In this document: piece after piece, positions 34,985 through 44,180 of the stretch
Layout: each line of letters begins with the position of its first letter
How positions within the stretch are numbered: the stretch's first letter is position 1
Notes under the pieces: model-generated
Seen by the model: the letters and a program-made list of their open reading frames with translations, nothing else
Told to the model about the DNA's origin: nothing
Database searches by the model: none
Assembly: GCA_963814585.1 (NCBI GenBank)
Contig: CAWFDF010000012.1
Coordinates: forward strand, 320,001-384,000
DNA length: 64,000 nt
From: an uncultured delta proteobacterium
GTDB taxonomy: Bacteria; Myxococcota; Myxococcia; Myxococcales; Anaeromyxobacteraceae
Reading direction: 5' to 3'
Translations under genes and position numbers: made by a program

Positions 34985-35530
34985 CTACCTCTTGGTCTTG
35001 ACGAGGACCTTGCGCTTGACCGCGCCCATGGCCACCGGGGCCGGCGGGCCCGAGGGGCGGGCCGTCTGGGGGGCGGGGGCCTCGGCCTTCTTCGCCTCGC
35101 CGCGCTGCGGGGCGCGGGCCGGGGCCGACGGACGGAGGGCGGGGCGGGCCGGGGCGGCGCTGCGGGCCGGAGCCCCCTGCACCCGCCGCTCGCCACCGAC
35201 GTCCACCTCGCCCATGTCGATGCGGCCGCGGAAGCTGGCGCCGTCGACGATGATCACCCGGGGCGCGGCGATGTCGCCGACCATCCGCCCCTCCTTGGTG
35301 ATCTCCACGGACTCGGTGGCGGTGACGTTCCCGACCACGATGCCGGCGATGATGCAGTTCTTGACCTGCACCTCCGCCTTGACCATGCCGGTGGGCTCGA
35401 CGACCAGGGTGCGGGTCAGGGTCAGCGTCCCCTCGACCCGGCCGCGGACCGTGAGGTCCTCGTCGCCCGCCAGGCTGCCGCTGATGAGGATCGACTCGCC
35501 GATGATGGTGGTGCCGTCAGTGGTGGCCAT
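34985..35530 (-). CDS. Bactofilin with Pro/Ala tail (BacP-like)
   Basis: TIIGESILISGSL..DEDLTVRGRVEG...GDIAAPRVIIVDGASFRGRIDM; tail ends KRKVLVKTKR. Confidence 0.9.
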   Translation of the reverse strand: MATTDGTTIIGESILISGSLAGDEDLTVRGRVEGTLTLTRTLVVEPTGMVKAEVQVKNCIIAGIVVGNVTATESVEITKEGRMVGDIAAPRVIIVDGASFRGRIDMGEVDVGGERRVQGAPARSAAPARPALRPSAPARAPQRGEAKKAEAPAPQTARPSGPPAPVAMGAVKRKVLVKTKR

Positions 35531-35533
35531 GGC

Positions 35534-35902
35534 TCACTTCCCCTTCGCTTCCTTGACGTCCATGTCCACGTTGCCCTTGAAGACCGCGCCGTCGGCGATG
35601 AGGATGCGCGGCGAGCGGATGTCCCCCACCACCTTGCAGTCGGCCTTGAGCTCGACCTTGTCGCTGGCGGCGATGTTCCCGGTCACCTGCCCCGACACCT
35701 CCACGTTGGCCGTCTCGATGTCCGCCTCGATCACCCCCGAGGACTCGACGTAGAGGCTCTCCTTCAAGGAGATGCGCCCCTTCACCGTGCCCTGGATGAC
35801 CAGGTCCTCGTCACCCGAGATCTCGCCGTCGATGACGATCGAGCTCCCGATGACGGTGTGCGCGCCGCTGCGGGGCGCGCTCGCCTTTTCGATGCCTGCC
35901 AT
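35534..35902 (-). CDS. Bactofilin (BacN/BacO-like)
   Basis: TVIGSSIVIDGEISGDEDLVIQGTVKG...ADGAVFKGNVDM; GGAGGAG upstream of ATG at 35902. Confidence 0.92.
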   Translation of the reverse strand: MAGIEKASAPRSGAHTVIGSSIVIDGEISGDEDLVIQGTVKGRISLKESLYVESSGVIEADIETANVEVSGQVTGNIAASDKVELKADCKVVGDIRSPRILIADGAVFKGNVDMDVKEAKGK

Positions 35903-36022
35903 GACCTTGGACTCCTCCAGAACGGCTGGGACCCGGTGGCGAGGGCGCGACACGCGCCGTGGGATCGCCAGACCCGGGGGAACCTTCCGAGGATACGGGG
36001 GCGATCGGCGCGGCGTCAACGC

Positions 36023-36889
36023 CTATCGCCGGGCGCGCGCCGAGATCCACGCCACCACGTCGCCGAGCGGCCGCTCGCGCTCGCGCTCGCTGAACAGCTC
36101 GTGACGGAAGCCCTCGTAGATCACCAGCTCCTTGTCCCTGGCGCCGGCCGACTCGAAGAAGTCGCGGCTCGCGCCCGGGTCGGCGATCCGGTCGTCGCCG
36201 CCGGCCAGCAGGAGCAGCGGGGCGGTGAAGCGGTGGGCCGCGGCCAGCACCTCGCGCTGCGCGGCGGCCGAGGCGGTGACCCAGCGCGCCGTGGTGGTGG
36301 TGCCGCGGAGCGGATCGCGATCGATCCAGGCCTGCAGCTCCGGGTCGGAGGTGAGCGCGGCGGCCTCCACCCGCGCGGCCAGCGCGAAGCGGGGGACGGC
36401 GGCCCCCAGCAGCCTGGCCTTCCACCGGTCCCGCGGCGGCGAGTCGGGTCCGAAGCCGAACAGCGGCGAGGCGAGGACGAAGCCGTCCGCCTGGCCCGGG
36501 TGGTCGAGCCCCCACCGCGCCGCGATCAGCGCCCCGGCCCCCTGCCCCACCACGAAGAACGGGCCGTGGGGGCCGGCCTGCTGCGCCTGCAGGAAGGCCT
36601 GGGCGTCGGCGACGTAGTCGGCGAAGGCGTCGATCGACCAGCGCCGCCCGTCCGACTGGCCGTGGCCGCGGAGGTCGACCAGGGCCACCGTGAAGCCGGC
36701 CCGGACCAGGGCGCCCGCCAGCGCCGGGTAGCGGCCCGAGTGATCGCCGCCGCCGTGGAGCACCGCGACGGTCCCCCGCGGCGCGGCCGGGCGGTAGCTC
36801 CGCCAGTAGAGCCGGGTGTGGTCGCCGGAGTGGAGGAACCCCTCGTCGTGGGTGGCCGCGGGGGCCTCCGAGAAGGGCGGGACGCTCAT
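36023..36889 (-). CDS. Lysophospholipase-like alpha/beta hydrolase (AgmH-like position), nucleophile Ser absent
   Basis: LHGGGDHSGRY, DLRGHGQS, GGDDRIA, RHEL; elbow reads GQGAG. Confidence 0.85.
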   Translation of the reverse strand: MSVPPFSEAPAATHDEGFLHSGDHTRLYWRSYRPAAPRGTVAVLHGGGDHSGRYPALAGALVRAGFTVALVDLRGHGQSDGRRWSIDAFADYVADAQAFLQAQQAGPHGPFFVVGQGAGALIAARWGLDHPGQADGFVLASPLFGFGPDSPPRDRWKARLLGAAVPRFALAARVEAAALTSDPELQAWIDRDPLRGTTTTARWVTASAAAQREVLAAAHRFTAPLLLLAGGDDRIADPGASRDFFESAGARDKELVIYEGFRHELFSERERERPLGDVVAWISARARR

Positions 36890-36981
36890 GCTGGCTGGAA
36901 CCTAGGAGCGGACCGCGGGGGCGTCAACCGCGCGTCCACGGGCGCTTGGGGGGGGCCCTCGCCCGTGCTAGATCCCAGGCC

Positions 36982-37794
36982 ATGGCTCCGCCCAACTTCC
37001 TGGTCGCCGCGGCCCAGATGACCTCCAGCGCCGACCGCGCCCGGAACCTGGAGACCGCCGTCCGGCTCATCGAGGAGGCGGCCGACCTCGGCGCCCGGCT
37101 GGTCGGGCTCCCGGAGAACTTCTCCTACATGGGCCCGCAGGAGGGGCTGCTCGAGGGGGCGGAGACGCTGGAGGGCCCGACGCTGGGCGTGATCCGCGAG
37201 GTGGCCCGCCGGCGGGCGGTCTATGTCATCGCCGGCTCGATCGCCGAGAAGGTCCAGGACCCGAGGAAGACCGCCAACACCAGCGCCCTCATCGCCGACG
37301 ACGGCTCGCTGGTGGCCGCCTACCGGAAGATCCACCTCTTCGACGTCAGCATCCCCGACGGCGCCCGCTACGCCGAGTCGGAGGTGGTGGCGGCCGGCGA
37401 CCAGGCCATCATCGCCCCCACCCCGCTGGGCCGGATCGGCCTGACCATCTGCTACGACCTGCGCTTCCCGGAGCTCTACCGGAAGCTGGCCGGCTTCGGC
37501 GCCGCCATCCTCTCCATCCCGGCGGCCTTCACGCTCTTCACCGGCAAGGATCACTGGGAGGTGCTGCTGCGGGCGCGCGCCATCGAGAACCTGGCCTACG
37601 TGCTGGCGCCGGCGCAGGTGGGGAGCCACTCGGCCAAGCGCCAGACGTTCGGCAACGCCATGGTGGTCGACCCGTGGGGGGTGGTGCTGGCCCGCTGCCC
37701 CGACGGCGAGGGGATCTGCGTGGCGCCCTTCAGCCGGACGCGGCTGGAGCGGGTGCGCCAGGAGCTGCCGGCGCTCAAGCACCGGAAGCTGTGA
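36982..37794 (+). CDS. Carbon-nitrogen hydrolase (Nit1/deaminated glutathione amidase-like)
   Basis: LPENF, YRKIHLFDV, ICYDLRFPE, HWEVLLRARAIEN, DPWG. Confidence 0.93.
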   Translation: MAPPNFLVAAAQMTSSADRARNLETAVRLIEEAADLGARLVGLPENFSYMGPQEGLLEGAETLEGPTLGVIREVARRRAVYVIAGSIAEKVQDPRKTANTSALIADDGSLVAAYRKIHLFDVSIPDGARYAESEVVAAGDQAIIAPTPLGRIGLTICYDLRFPELYRKLAGFGAAILSIPAAFTLFTGKDHWEVLLRARAIENLAYVLAPAQVGSHSAKRQTFGNAMVVDPWGVVLARCPDGEGICVAPFSRTRLERVRQELPALKHRKL

Positions 37795-37809
37795 GCCCGC
37801 GGCGGCGTC

Positions 37810-38520
37810 CTAGAAGGAGAACATCAGCCCGAAGGTCATGAGGACCCCGTCGTTGGAGAGGTCCCAGCTCGACGACGAGTCGAAGTCGCTGATCTTGGCC
37901 TGCTGGGCCTCGAACACCAGCATGGTGTGCTTGATGCCGGAGTCGCGCTCCAGCTCCCGCGAGAGCGTCGGGTCGATGAAGTCGAGCACCAGCCCCAGGC
38001 CGCCGCCCCAGCCCCAGCCGTTGGTGCCCCCGGACTTGTCGGTCCGGCCGCTCGAGCCGGTCGCCCACCACTGGTCGCGCAGGAGCGCCACGCGAGCGAA
38101 GGGGATGACCGGGATGCCGACCCGCTCCCAGACCTGGTCGACGCGGTAGGTGAGGTCGAGCGAGAGCGGCATGATCCTCAGGCCGGTCGGGTCCTGGCTC
38201 ACGGTGCCGTCGGCGAAGCGCCCGTGGCCCTTGAACTGGACCCAGCCGATCCCCCCGCCCACCTCCAAGGTGCCGTAGCCGCTGATCAGCGCCTTGCCGC
38301 CGCGGAACTTGAACATCCAGCGCTTCGAGGTGCCGAAGCTGCTCTCGAAGGGGGCGAGCGAGCCGGCTGGCATGGCGAACTCGGAGTCGATCATGGGCCG
38401 GTACTGGCCGGCCTGGAACTCGAAGGAGCCGATGCCGGCCTCCCGCTCCGCGGCCCGGGCCACGTCCGGGACGCCGGCGAGGGTGAGCAGCGCCGCTGCG
38501 GCGAGGAGCGCGCGGCTCAT
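37810..38520 (-). CDS. Outer-membrane beta-barrel protein (resembles the MXAN_2562 family)
   Basis: Signal peptide, amphipathic strands, terminal FGLMFSF; coupled to the upstream MYXO-CTERM gene. Family name from memory. Confidence 0.75.
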   Translation of the reverse strand: MSRALLAAAALLTLAGVPDVARAAEREAGIGSFEFQAGQYRPMIDSEFAMPAGSLAPFESSFGTSKRWMFKFRGGKALISGYGTLEVGGGIGWVQFKGHGRFADGTVSQDPTGLRIMPLSLDLTYRVDQVWERVGIPVIPFARVALLRDQWWATGSSGRTDKSGGTNGWGWGGGLGLVLDFIDPTLSRELERDSGIKHTMLVFEAQQAKISDFDSSSSWDLSNDGVLMTFGLMFSF

Positions 38521-39371
38521 GACCGCCTCCGCAGCCCGCGCAGCGCCAGCGCCACGCCCAGCAGGGACAGCACGCCGGCCGGCCCGCCGGCGCAGCCGCC
38601 CTGCTCGCGCCCGCCGTCCTCCTGGTACTGGTCCCAGAAGCTCGAGACCGGCTCCGGCGTGCCGTAGGCCGGAAGCGAGGCCGCGGACGGCGAGGAGCCG
38701 GCCGCGAGGGCCTTGACGGTGACCTGGTACTCGACCCCGTTGACCAGGCCGGAGACCTTGTTGTTGGTCCTGCCGGTGAAGCTCTGGATGCGGGTGGGGG
38801 TCACGTCGGGAACGGGGTAGGTCTCGGCCGTCACCTCGTAGGTGGCCGCCGCCACGCCGTTGCTCGGGCCGTCCACCCAGCTGACGTAGAGCGCGGAGTC
38901 GCCCGGCGCGGCGGTCACGCCCTCCGGCACCGGCGGTGGCTTCAGGTTCAGCGGGGCACTGCCGGTCGCGGTGGCCCGGAAGACCGTCCCGTTGACGTCG
39001 ACGTGCTGGACGCAGACGTAGATGATGCTGTCCGCTGCGGTCGCCAGGCAGCTGGCGGTCGACGCGGTGATGAACTGGGCCCTGGTCAGCGTGCCGAGGG
39101 TCTGGGTCGGCAGGGTGGCATCCAGGGTCTCGACCAGGGTCCCCGTCGCCGCGGCCGAGGCGGGGCAGGTCGAGGCGTTGTTGACGTAGACCTTGTACTT
39201 GTCACCCGTCACGATCAGGGCGGACGACGTCCAGGCGATGGTGACCAGGTCCGTGGTGTTGTTGCAGTCGGACGGGCCGAAGGCGGCCGGCACGATCAGC
39301 ACGTTTCCAGCGGTCTGGGCGAGCCCTGCGGCCGGGGTGAGCAGGGCGAGGAGGAGGAGCAGGCGGCGCAT
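38517..39371 (-). CDS. Fibronectin type III surface protein with MYXO-CTERM anchor (resembles the MXAN_2561 family)
   Basis: Signal peptide; FN3 pattern (PGDSALYVSW, GLVNGVEYQVTV); C-terminal GGC + hydrophobic helix + RRRS. Confidence 0.82.
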   Translation of the reverse strand: MRRLLLLLALLTPAAGLAQTAGNVLIVPAAFGPSDCNNTTDLVTIAWTSSALIVTGDKYKVYVNNASTCPASAAATGTLVETLDATLPTQTLGTLTRAQFITASTASCLATAADSIIYVCVQHVDVNGTVFRATATGSAPLNLKPPPVPEGVTAAPGDSALYVSWVDGPSNGVAAATYEVTAETYPVPDVTPTRIQSFTGRTNNKVSGLVNGVEYQVTVKALAAGSSPSAASLPAYGTPEPVSSFWDQYQEDGGREQGGCAGGPAGVLSLLGVALALRGLRRRS

Positions 39372-39383
39372 GGCCCGGGATTG

Positions 39384-39399
39384 TGCAAGGCCGGCGCCA
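39384..39399 (-). promoter_or_regulatory. Sigma54 (-24/-12) promoter
   Basis: TGGCGC-CGGCC-TTGCA on the minus strand, 12 nt before the ATG at 39371. Confidence 0.72.
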
Positions 39400-39521
39400 G
39401 CGAAGCAAGGTTCGAACCACCCGGCGGGACTCGGGTTTCCCTCGCCGCCCGCCGTCTCGGAGCCGGCCGGCTGCCATTCTGGCAAAGGAGCCGGGGAAAC
39501 CACCGGACCCCTGCCAAACTG

Positions 39522-40559
39522 TCAGCCCTCCCCGGCTCCCTTCCGACGGCGCTCCACCATCGCCAGCGCCACCTGCACCAGGTTGGTGGGGCCGCCCTTG
39601 CGCAGGTTGTCGACGGTGAGGAAGAGCGCCAGCCCGTTGGGCAGCGCGGCGTCGGCCCGCAGCCGCCCCACCAGCACGGCGTCGTCGTTCACGGTCAGCA
39701 TGGGCATCGGGTAGACGCCCTCGCCCGGCCGGTCGATCAGCTTCACCGCCAGGGCGTGCCGCAGCACCTCGCGGGCCGCCGCCACCTCGAGCGGCCGCTC
39801 GAAGCCGACGTGGACCGCCGCCGCGTGCCCGAAGAAGACCGGCACCTGCACCGCCGTGGCCGAGAGGGCCAGCCCGGGGAGGTCGAGCAGCTGCCGGAGC
39901 TCGCGCGCCAGGCTCGCCTCCCCCTCCGCCACGCCATCGGAGTCGACGTCGCCGATCTGCGGCACCAGGTTGAAGGCGATGCGGTGGCGGATCCGCCCCG
40001 GGTCGGGCGGCTCGCGGCCGTTCATCAGGTCGGCCGCCTCGCGCTGCAGCTGCTCGACGCCGCGGTGGCCGGCGCCGGAGACCGCCTGGTAGGTCGCGAC
40101 CACCACGCGCTCCAGGCCGGAGGCGGCGTGGAGGGGCCTGAGCGCCAGCGCCAGGGCGATGGCCACGGGGCCGGGGCTGGCCACCAGCGTGGCGCCGCCG
40201 TCGAGCGCGCCGCCGTTCACCTCGGGCACCACCAGCGGCACGCCGGGCTGGTGGCGGAAGGCGGAGGAGTCGTCGACCACCAGGCAGCCGGCGGCGCGCG
40301 CCCGGGGCGCCCACTCGCGGCTGGCCTCGGCCCCGGCGGCGAGGATGGCCACGTCGCAGCCGGTGAAGGCCTCGGCGGTCGGCACCTCCACCTTGAAGGT
40401 GCCGCCGCGGAAGTCGATCTCCTGCCCGGCCGAGCGGGCGGTGGCCAGGAGCCGCACCCGGCCCACCGGGACGTCGAGGTCCTCGATGACCTCCAGGACG
40501 GCGCGTCCGACGGCGCCGGTGGCGCCGAGCAAGGTGATGGAGATGGGGCGTGGGTCCAT
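39522..40559 (-). CDS. Aspartate-semialdehyde dehydrogenase-like protein lacking the catalytic Cys (Usg-like)
   Basis: LGATGAVG, DDSSAFR, LVVPEVN, YQAVSGAG, AFNLVPQI, DNLRKG; ASPGP where ANPNC is expected. Confidence 0.85.
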   Translation of the reverse strand: MDPRPISITLLGATGAVGRAVLEVIEDLDVPVGRVRLLATARSAGQEIDFRGGTFKVEVPTAEAFTGCDVAILAAGAEASREWAPRARAAGCLVVDDSSAFRHQPGVPLVVPEVNGGALDGGATLVASPGPVAIALALALRPLHAASGLERVVVATYQAVSGAGHRGVEQLQREAADLMNGREPPDPGRIRHRIAFNLVPQIGDVDSDGVAEGEASLARELRQLLDLPGLALSATAVQVPVFFGHAAAVHVGFERPLEVAAAREVLRHALAVKLIDRPGEGVYPMPMLTVNDDAVLVGRLRADAALPNGLALFLTVDNLRKGGPTNLVQVALAMVERRRKGAGEG

Positions 40560-40581
40560 GGGGTCGGAAGATACCGCACCC

Positions 40582-40629
40582 GCCGCTCCGGGACAGCCGC
40601 TCCGGGACCGCCGCTCCGGAGAGCCGCTG
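40582..40629. repeat. 14-bp tandem repeat, about 3.5 copies
   Basis: gccgctccgggaca gccgctccgggacc gccgctccggaga gccgctg. Confidence 0.85.
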
Positions 40630-40842
40630 GGCCGAGCGCCGGGACGTCCGCCGTGACCGGGGCGAGCTCGTCGCGCCTCCGGCGCGCCCTCTGGCGGCGG
40701 CAGCTGCGAGTGGCCGCGCCGAGGCGGACGATCCTGGGGCTGCGAGGCTCGGCCCCGGGCACGGCGGACGCCGGCGGCCCGTCGCTCGAGGTCCGCGTCC
40801 CGTCGCCGTAGGACGCGATCTGCGCCCGGACCGGCTTCGAGG

Positions 40843-41736
40843 TCAGGCGAGCAGGTCGCGCAGCGCCGGCTCCAGCTCCGGGAACTTGAACCGGTAGCCG
40901 AGCGCCTGCGCCCGGGCCGGCACCACCCGCTGGCTCGCCAGCAGCACCTCGGCCATCTCGCCGACGGCGAGCCGCAGCGCCGCGGCCGGCACCGGCAGCA
41001 GGTTGGGCCGCCGCAGCACCCTCGCCAGCGTCCGCGCCAGCTCGGCCTGCCGCACCGGCGCCGGGGCCACGGCGTTGATCGGGCCGATCGCCCGCGGGTC
41101 GTCGAGCGCCAGCAGCAGGAGGCCGAGCTCGTCGTCGAGGTGGATCCAGGGCTGCCAGGCCTGGCCGTCGCCGAGCGGGCCGCCGGCGAAGAGGCGGAAG
41201 GGGCGCGCCAGCGCCGGCAAGGCGCCGCCGTCTCGCGCCAGCACCAGCCCGGTCCTCACCAGCACCAGGCGCGCGCGCGCCGCCGCCGGGGCCGCCGCCG
41301 CCTCCCAGGCGGCGCTGAGATCGGCGAGGAAGCCGCGCCCGGACGCCGCGGCCTCGTCGAGCGGCTCGTCGCCGCGGTCGCCGTAGAAGCCGACCGCGCT
41401 CCCCTGCACCAGCACCCGGGGACCACCGGCGCCGAACGCCCCGGCCACCAGCCGGGTCGAGTCGAGCCGGGAGGCGACGATGCGCCCCTTGCGTTCCGCC
41501 GTCCAGCGGCCTCCGGCCACCGGCTCCCCGGCCAGGTGGACCACGGCGTCGGCGCCGGCCAGCGCCTCGGTCCAGGGCCCGGCGATCGCCGGGTCGCCCG
41601 CCACCAGCCGCACGCCGGACGGGAGCGCCACGCCCGGCCGCCGGGAGAGCGCCGTGACCGAGTCGCCGCGCTGGAGCAGCGCCCGGCAGAGCGAGCGCCC
41701 GATGAGCCCGGTCGCGCCGGTGACGAAGACGTGCAT
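40843..41736 (-). CDS. TIGR01777-family oxidoreductase/epimerase
   Basis: TGATGLIG, HLAGEP, SAVGFYG, PWIHLDD, LLASQRVVP. Confidence 0.92.
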   Translation of the reverse strand: MHVFVTGATGLIGRSLCRALLQRGDSVTALSRRPGVALPSGVRLVAGDPAIAGPWTEALAGADAVVHLAGEPVAGGRWTAERKGRIVASRLDSTRLVAGAFGAGGPRVLVQGSAVGFYGDRGDEPLDEAAASGRGFLADLSAAWEAAAAPAAARARLVLVRTGLVLARDGGALPALARPFRLFAGGPLGDGQAWQPWIHLDDELGLLLLALDDPRAIGPINAVAPAPVRQAELARTLARVLRRPNLLPVPAAALRLAVGEMAEVLLASQRVVPARAQALGYRFKFPELEPALRDLLA

Positions 41737-41759
41737 GGCGCCTTGCTCCTCGCCGCCGC

Positions 41760-42515
41760 TCAGCGCCGCGGCGGCAACCCGTCCGGGAACTTCACCTCGG
41801 CCTCGCTCTTGCGGACGTAGTGCGGCTCCAGCGCCGCCAGGCCGGCCTGGTCGAAGGTGGCCCCACGCAGCGCGGCCGCGCAGAGGTGGCCGATGGCCGC
41901 GGCGCTGGGCACCCGGACGCCGGTGGCGAGCCGCGGCAACGCCTGGCCCAGCTCCGCCACGTAGGCCTCGTACCCCTCGCCGAAGCCGGCCGGCGACCGG
42001 CCGTTGGTGAGCGCCCGCACCGCCTCCAGCAGCGCCGCGGCCGGGAGCGCCGCGTCGGGCCGGACCGCGACCACCCCGGTCCCCTCGGCCCGGTAGAACC
42101 CGGCGTAGAGCTCGCCCTTCCTGGCGTCGAGCAGCGGCACCAGCAGCGCGCCGGAGGGCGCCTCGGGGGCGGCCGCCAGGGCCATCGAGGCCAGGCTGGA
42201 GGCGCCGGCGATGGGGCGCCGGTTGGCGTAGGCGAACCCCTTGAAGGTGGCCAGGCCGATGCGGAGGCCGGTGAAGGAGCCCGGACCGAGGCCGATGGCG
42301 TAGCCCTCGATGTCCGGGAGCTTCCGCTGGCTGGCGAGCAGCAGGTCGCCGATCACCGCCGGCAGCCGCGCGCTGTGGCCGATGGTCGAGCCGACCGCCG
42401 GGCGCAGCGGCTGGTGATCGGTCCGCTCCGACACCAGGGTGGGCTCGGCGTCGCCCAGCTCGAGCAGCGCGGCCGAGAGCGTGAGCGTGGCGGTGTCGAG
42501 CGCGGCGACGAGCAC
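41760..42515 (-). CDS. tsaB: tRNA threonylcarbamoyladenosine biosynthesis protein TsaB
   Basis: ALDTAT, GPGSFTGLRIG, DARKGELY, LEPHYVR. Confidence 0.94.
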   Translation of the reverse strand: MLVAALDTATLTLSAALLELGDAEPTLVSERTDHQPLRPAVGSTIGHSARLPAVIGDLLLASQRKLPDIEGYAIGLGPGSFTGLRIGLATFKGFAYANRRPIAGASSLASMALAAAPEAPSGALLVPLLDARKGELYAGFYRAEGTGVVAVRPDAALPAAALLEAVRALTNGRSPAGFGEGYEAYVAELGQALPRLATGVRVPSAAAIGHLCAAALRGATFDQAGLAALEPHYVRKSEAEVKFPDGLPPRR

Positions 42516-42519
42516 GGGC

Positions 42520-44178
42520 CTAGCCCCAGATCCGGATGACGTCGTTGGCGAAGGCGAGGACCATGAGGGTGAGCAGCAGCGCCAGCCCGACCCAGTTGGC
42601 CGCCTCGCGGGCCCGCAGCGAGAGCCGCCTTCGCGTCGCCCCCTCGACCAGCGCGGTGACGATGTGCCCGCCGTCGAGCACCGGGATGGGCAGCAGGTTC
42701 ATCAACCCCAGGTTGACGCTGATGAGCGCCATCTGGAAGAGGTAGACCTTGATCCCCGCCTCGGCCGCCTCGCTGGCGATCTGGAAGAGCATGAGCGTGC
42801 CGCCGACGTTCTTGAAGCTGAGCTGCAGCGTGGCGATCTTGTAGATGCCCAGCACGGTGAGTCGGACCACCTCGGTGAGCTGCTCCGCCGCCACCCGGGA
42901 CAGCTCGCCAAGCCCGCGCCGCAGCGCCACCTCCTCGGCCACCAGCGCCCGGGTGTCGATGCCGGCCCGGTCCTCGAGGTGGAAGCCGATGACGGGCCGG
43001 CGCCGCGGCTCGCGCGTCACCTCGTCCTTGAACTGCTCCTCCCCCGGCACCAGCGTGACGGTGCGTCCGTCGCCGAGGCTGATGGCCACCGGCTTGCCCG
43101 GCTCGAACTCGCGGGCCACGGCGTTGAGATCGCGCCCGGCGCGGATGGGCTTGCCGTTGACCGACACCAGCCGCGCGCCGCGGGCCAGGCCGGCCGCCTG
43201 GGCGGGTGAGCCCTCGTCGACGCGGCTCACGTAGGCGGAGAGGCTCGGGTCGGCTGGCAGGATGGCGCGCTGCCCGCCGGCCGAGCAGGTCGGCACGCCG
43301 GCCAGCGCCACCGGCGCCCGCGCCTTGCCGAGGCCGCGCCGCACCTCCAGCTGCACCGGGGCGCAGGCGGCCGCGGCCAGCGCCGTCTCCAGGTCGCCGG
43401 CGTGGCGCACCTCGCGGCCGTTCACCCGCGTGATCAGGTCGAGCGGCTCGAGGGGCGAGGCCAGGCCCGGGGCCGGGGCGGCCAGCGCCGCGGCGAAGAC
43501 CGGCGTGACCCCGATGACGCCGATGGCGCGGGTCTCCACCGGGTTCACGTCCTCCTCCCGGGCCGGCGTGATCTCGAGCCGGAGCGGCGCCTCGCCGCGG
43601 CGGATCGAGAAGCCCAGGGGCACGCCCGGCCGGGGCGCCACCAGCTCGCGCAGGTCGGAGAAGTAGCGGACCGGCCGCGGCGCGCCGTCCGGCCCCTCCA
43701 CCGCCTCGACCCGATCGCCGGGGAGGAGCCCGGCCAAGGCCGCCGGCGAGCCGGGCGCCACGGTGCCGATGACCGGACCCGGCACCGGGGTGCCGTTCTG
43801 CGCCAGGCCGAGCGCGAGGTAGACCACGAAGGGGAAGATCAGGTTGGCGGCCGGCCCGGCGAAGGCGATGGCCAGCCGCTTCCACGGCGGCTGCTCCAGG
43901 AAGGTGCGCCCGGCGTCCTCGGGCGGGATGGGCTGGGCCGGATCCTCGCCCGCCATCTTGACGTAGCCGCCCAGCGGCAGCACCGAGAGCCGGTACTCAG
44001 TTTCACCCCACGTGAAGCCAGCCAGCCTGGCCCCGAAGCCGACCGAGAAGCGCAGCACCTTGACGCGGAGGAGCTTGGCGACCACGAAGTGGCCCAGCTC
44101 GTGGACGAAGATGAGCCCGGCCAGGAGCGCCACCACCGAGCCGGCCTTGAAGAGGTGATCCATCACGTCGGTCCCCAT
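42520..44178 (-). CDS. rseP: RIP metalloprotease RseP with PDZ domains
   Basis: HELGH, PLGGYVKM, AGPAAN, NLLPIPVLDGG. Confidence 0.94.
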   Translation of the reverse strand: MGTDVMDHLFKAGSVVALLAGLIFVHELGHFVVAKLLRVKVLRFSVGFGARLAGFTWGETEYRLSVLPLGGYVKMAGEDPAQPIPPEDAGRTFLEQPPWKRLAIAFAGPAANLIFPFVVYLALGLAQNGTPVPGPVIGTVAPGSPAALAGLLPGDRVEAVEGPDGAPRPVRYFSDLRELVAPRPGVPLGFSIRRGEAPLRLEITPAREEDVNPVETRAIGVIGVTPVFAAALAAPAPGLASPLEPLDLITRVNGREVRHAGDLETALAAAACAPVQLEVRRGLGKARAPVALAGVPTCSAGGQRAILPADPSLSAYVSRVDEGSPAQAAGLARGARLVSVNGKPIRAGRDLNAVAREFEPGKPVAISLGDGRTVTLVPGEEQFKDEVTREPRRRPVIGFHLEDRAGIDTRALVAEEVALRRGLGELSRVAAEQLTEVVRLTVLGIYKIATLQLSFKNVGGTLMLFQIASEAAEAGIKVYLFQMALISVNLGLMNLLPIPVLDGGHIVTALVEGATRRRLSLRAREAANWVGLALLLTLMVLAFANDVIRIWG

Positions 44179-44180
44179 CG

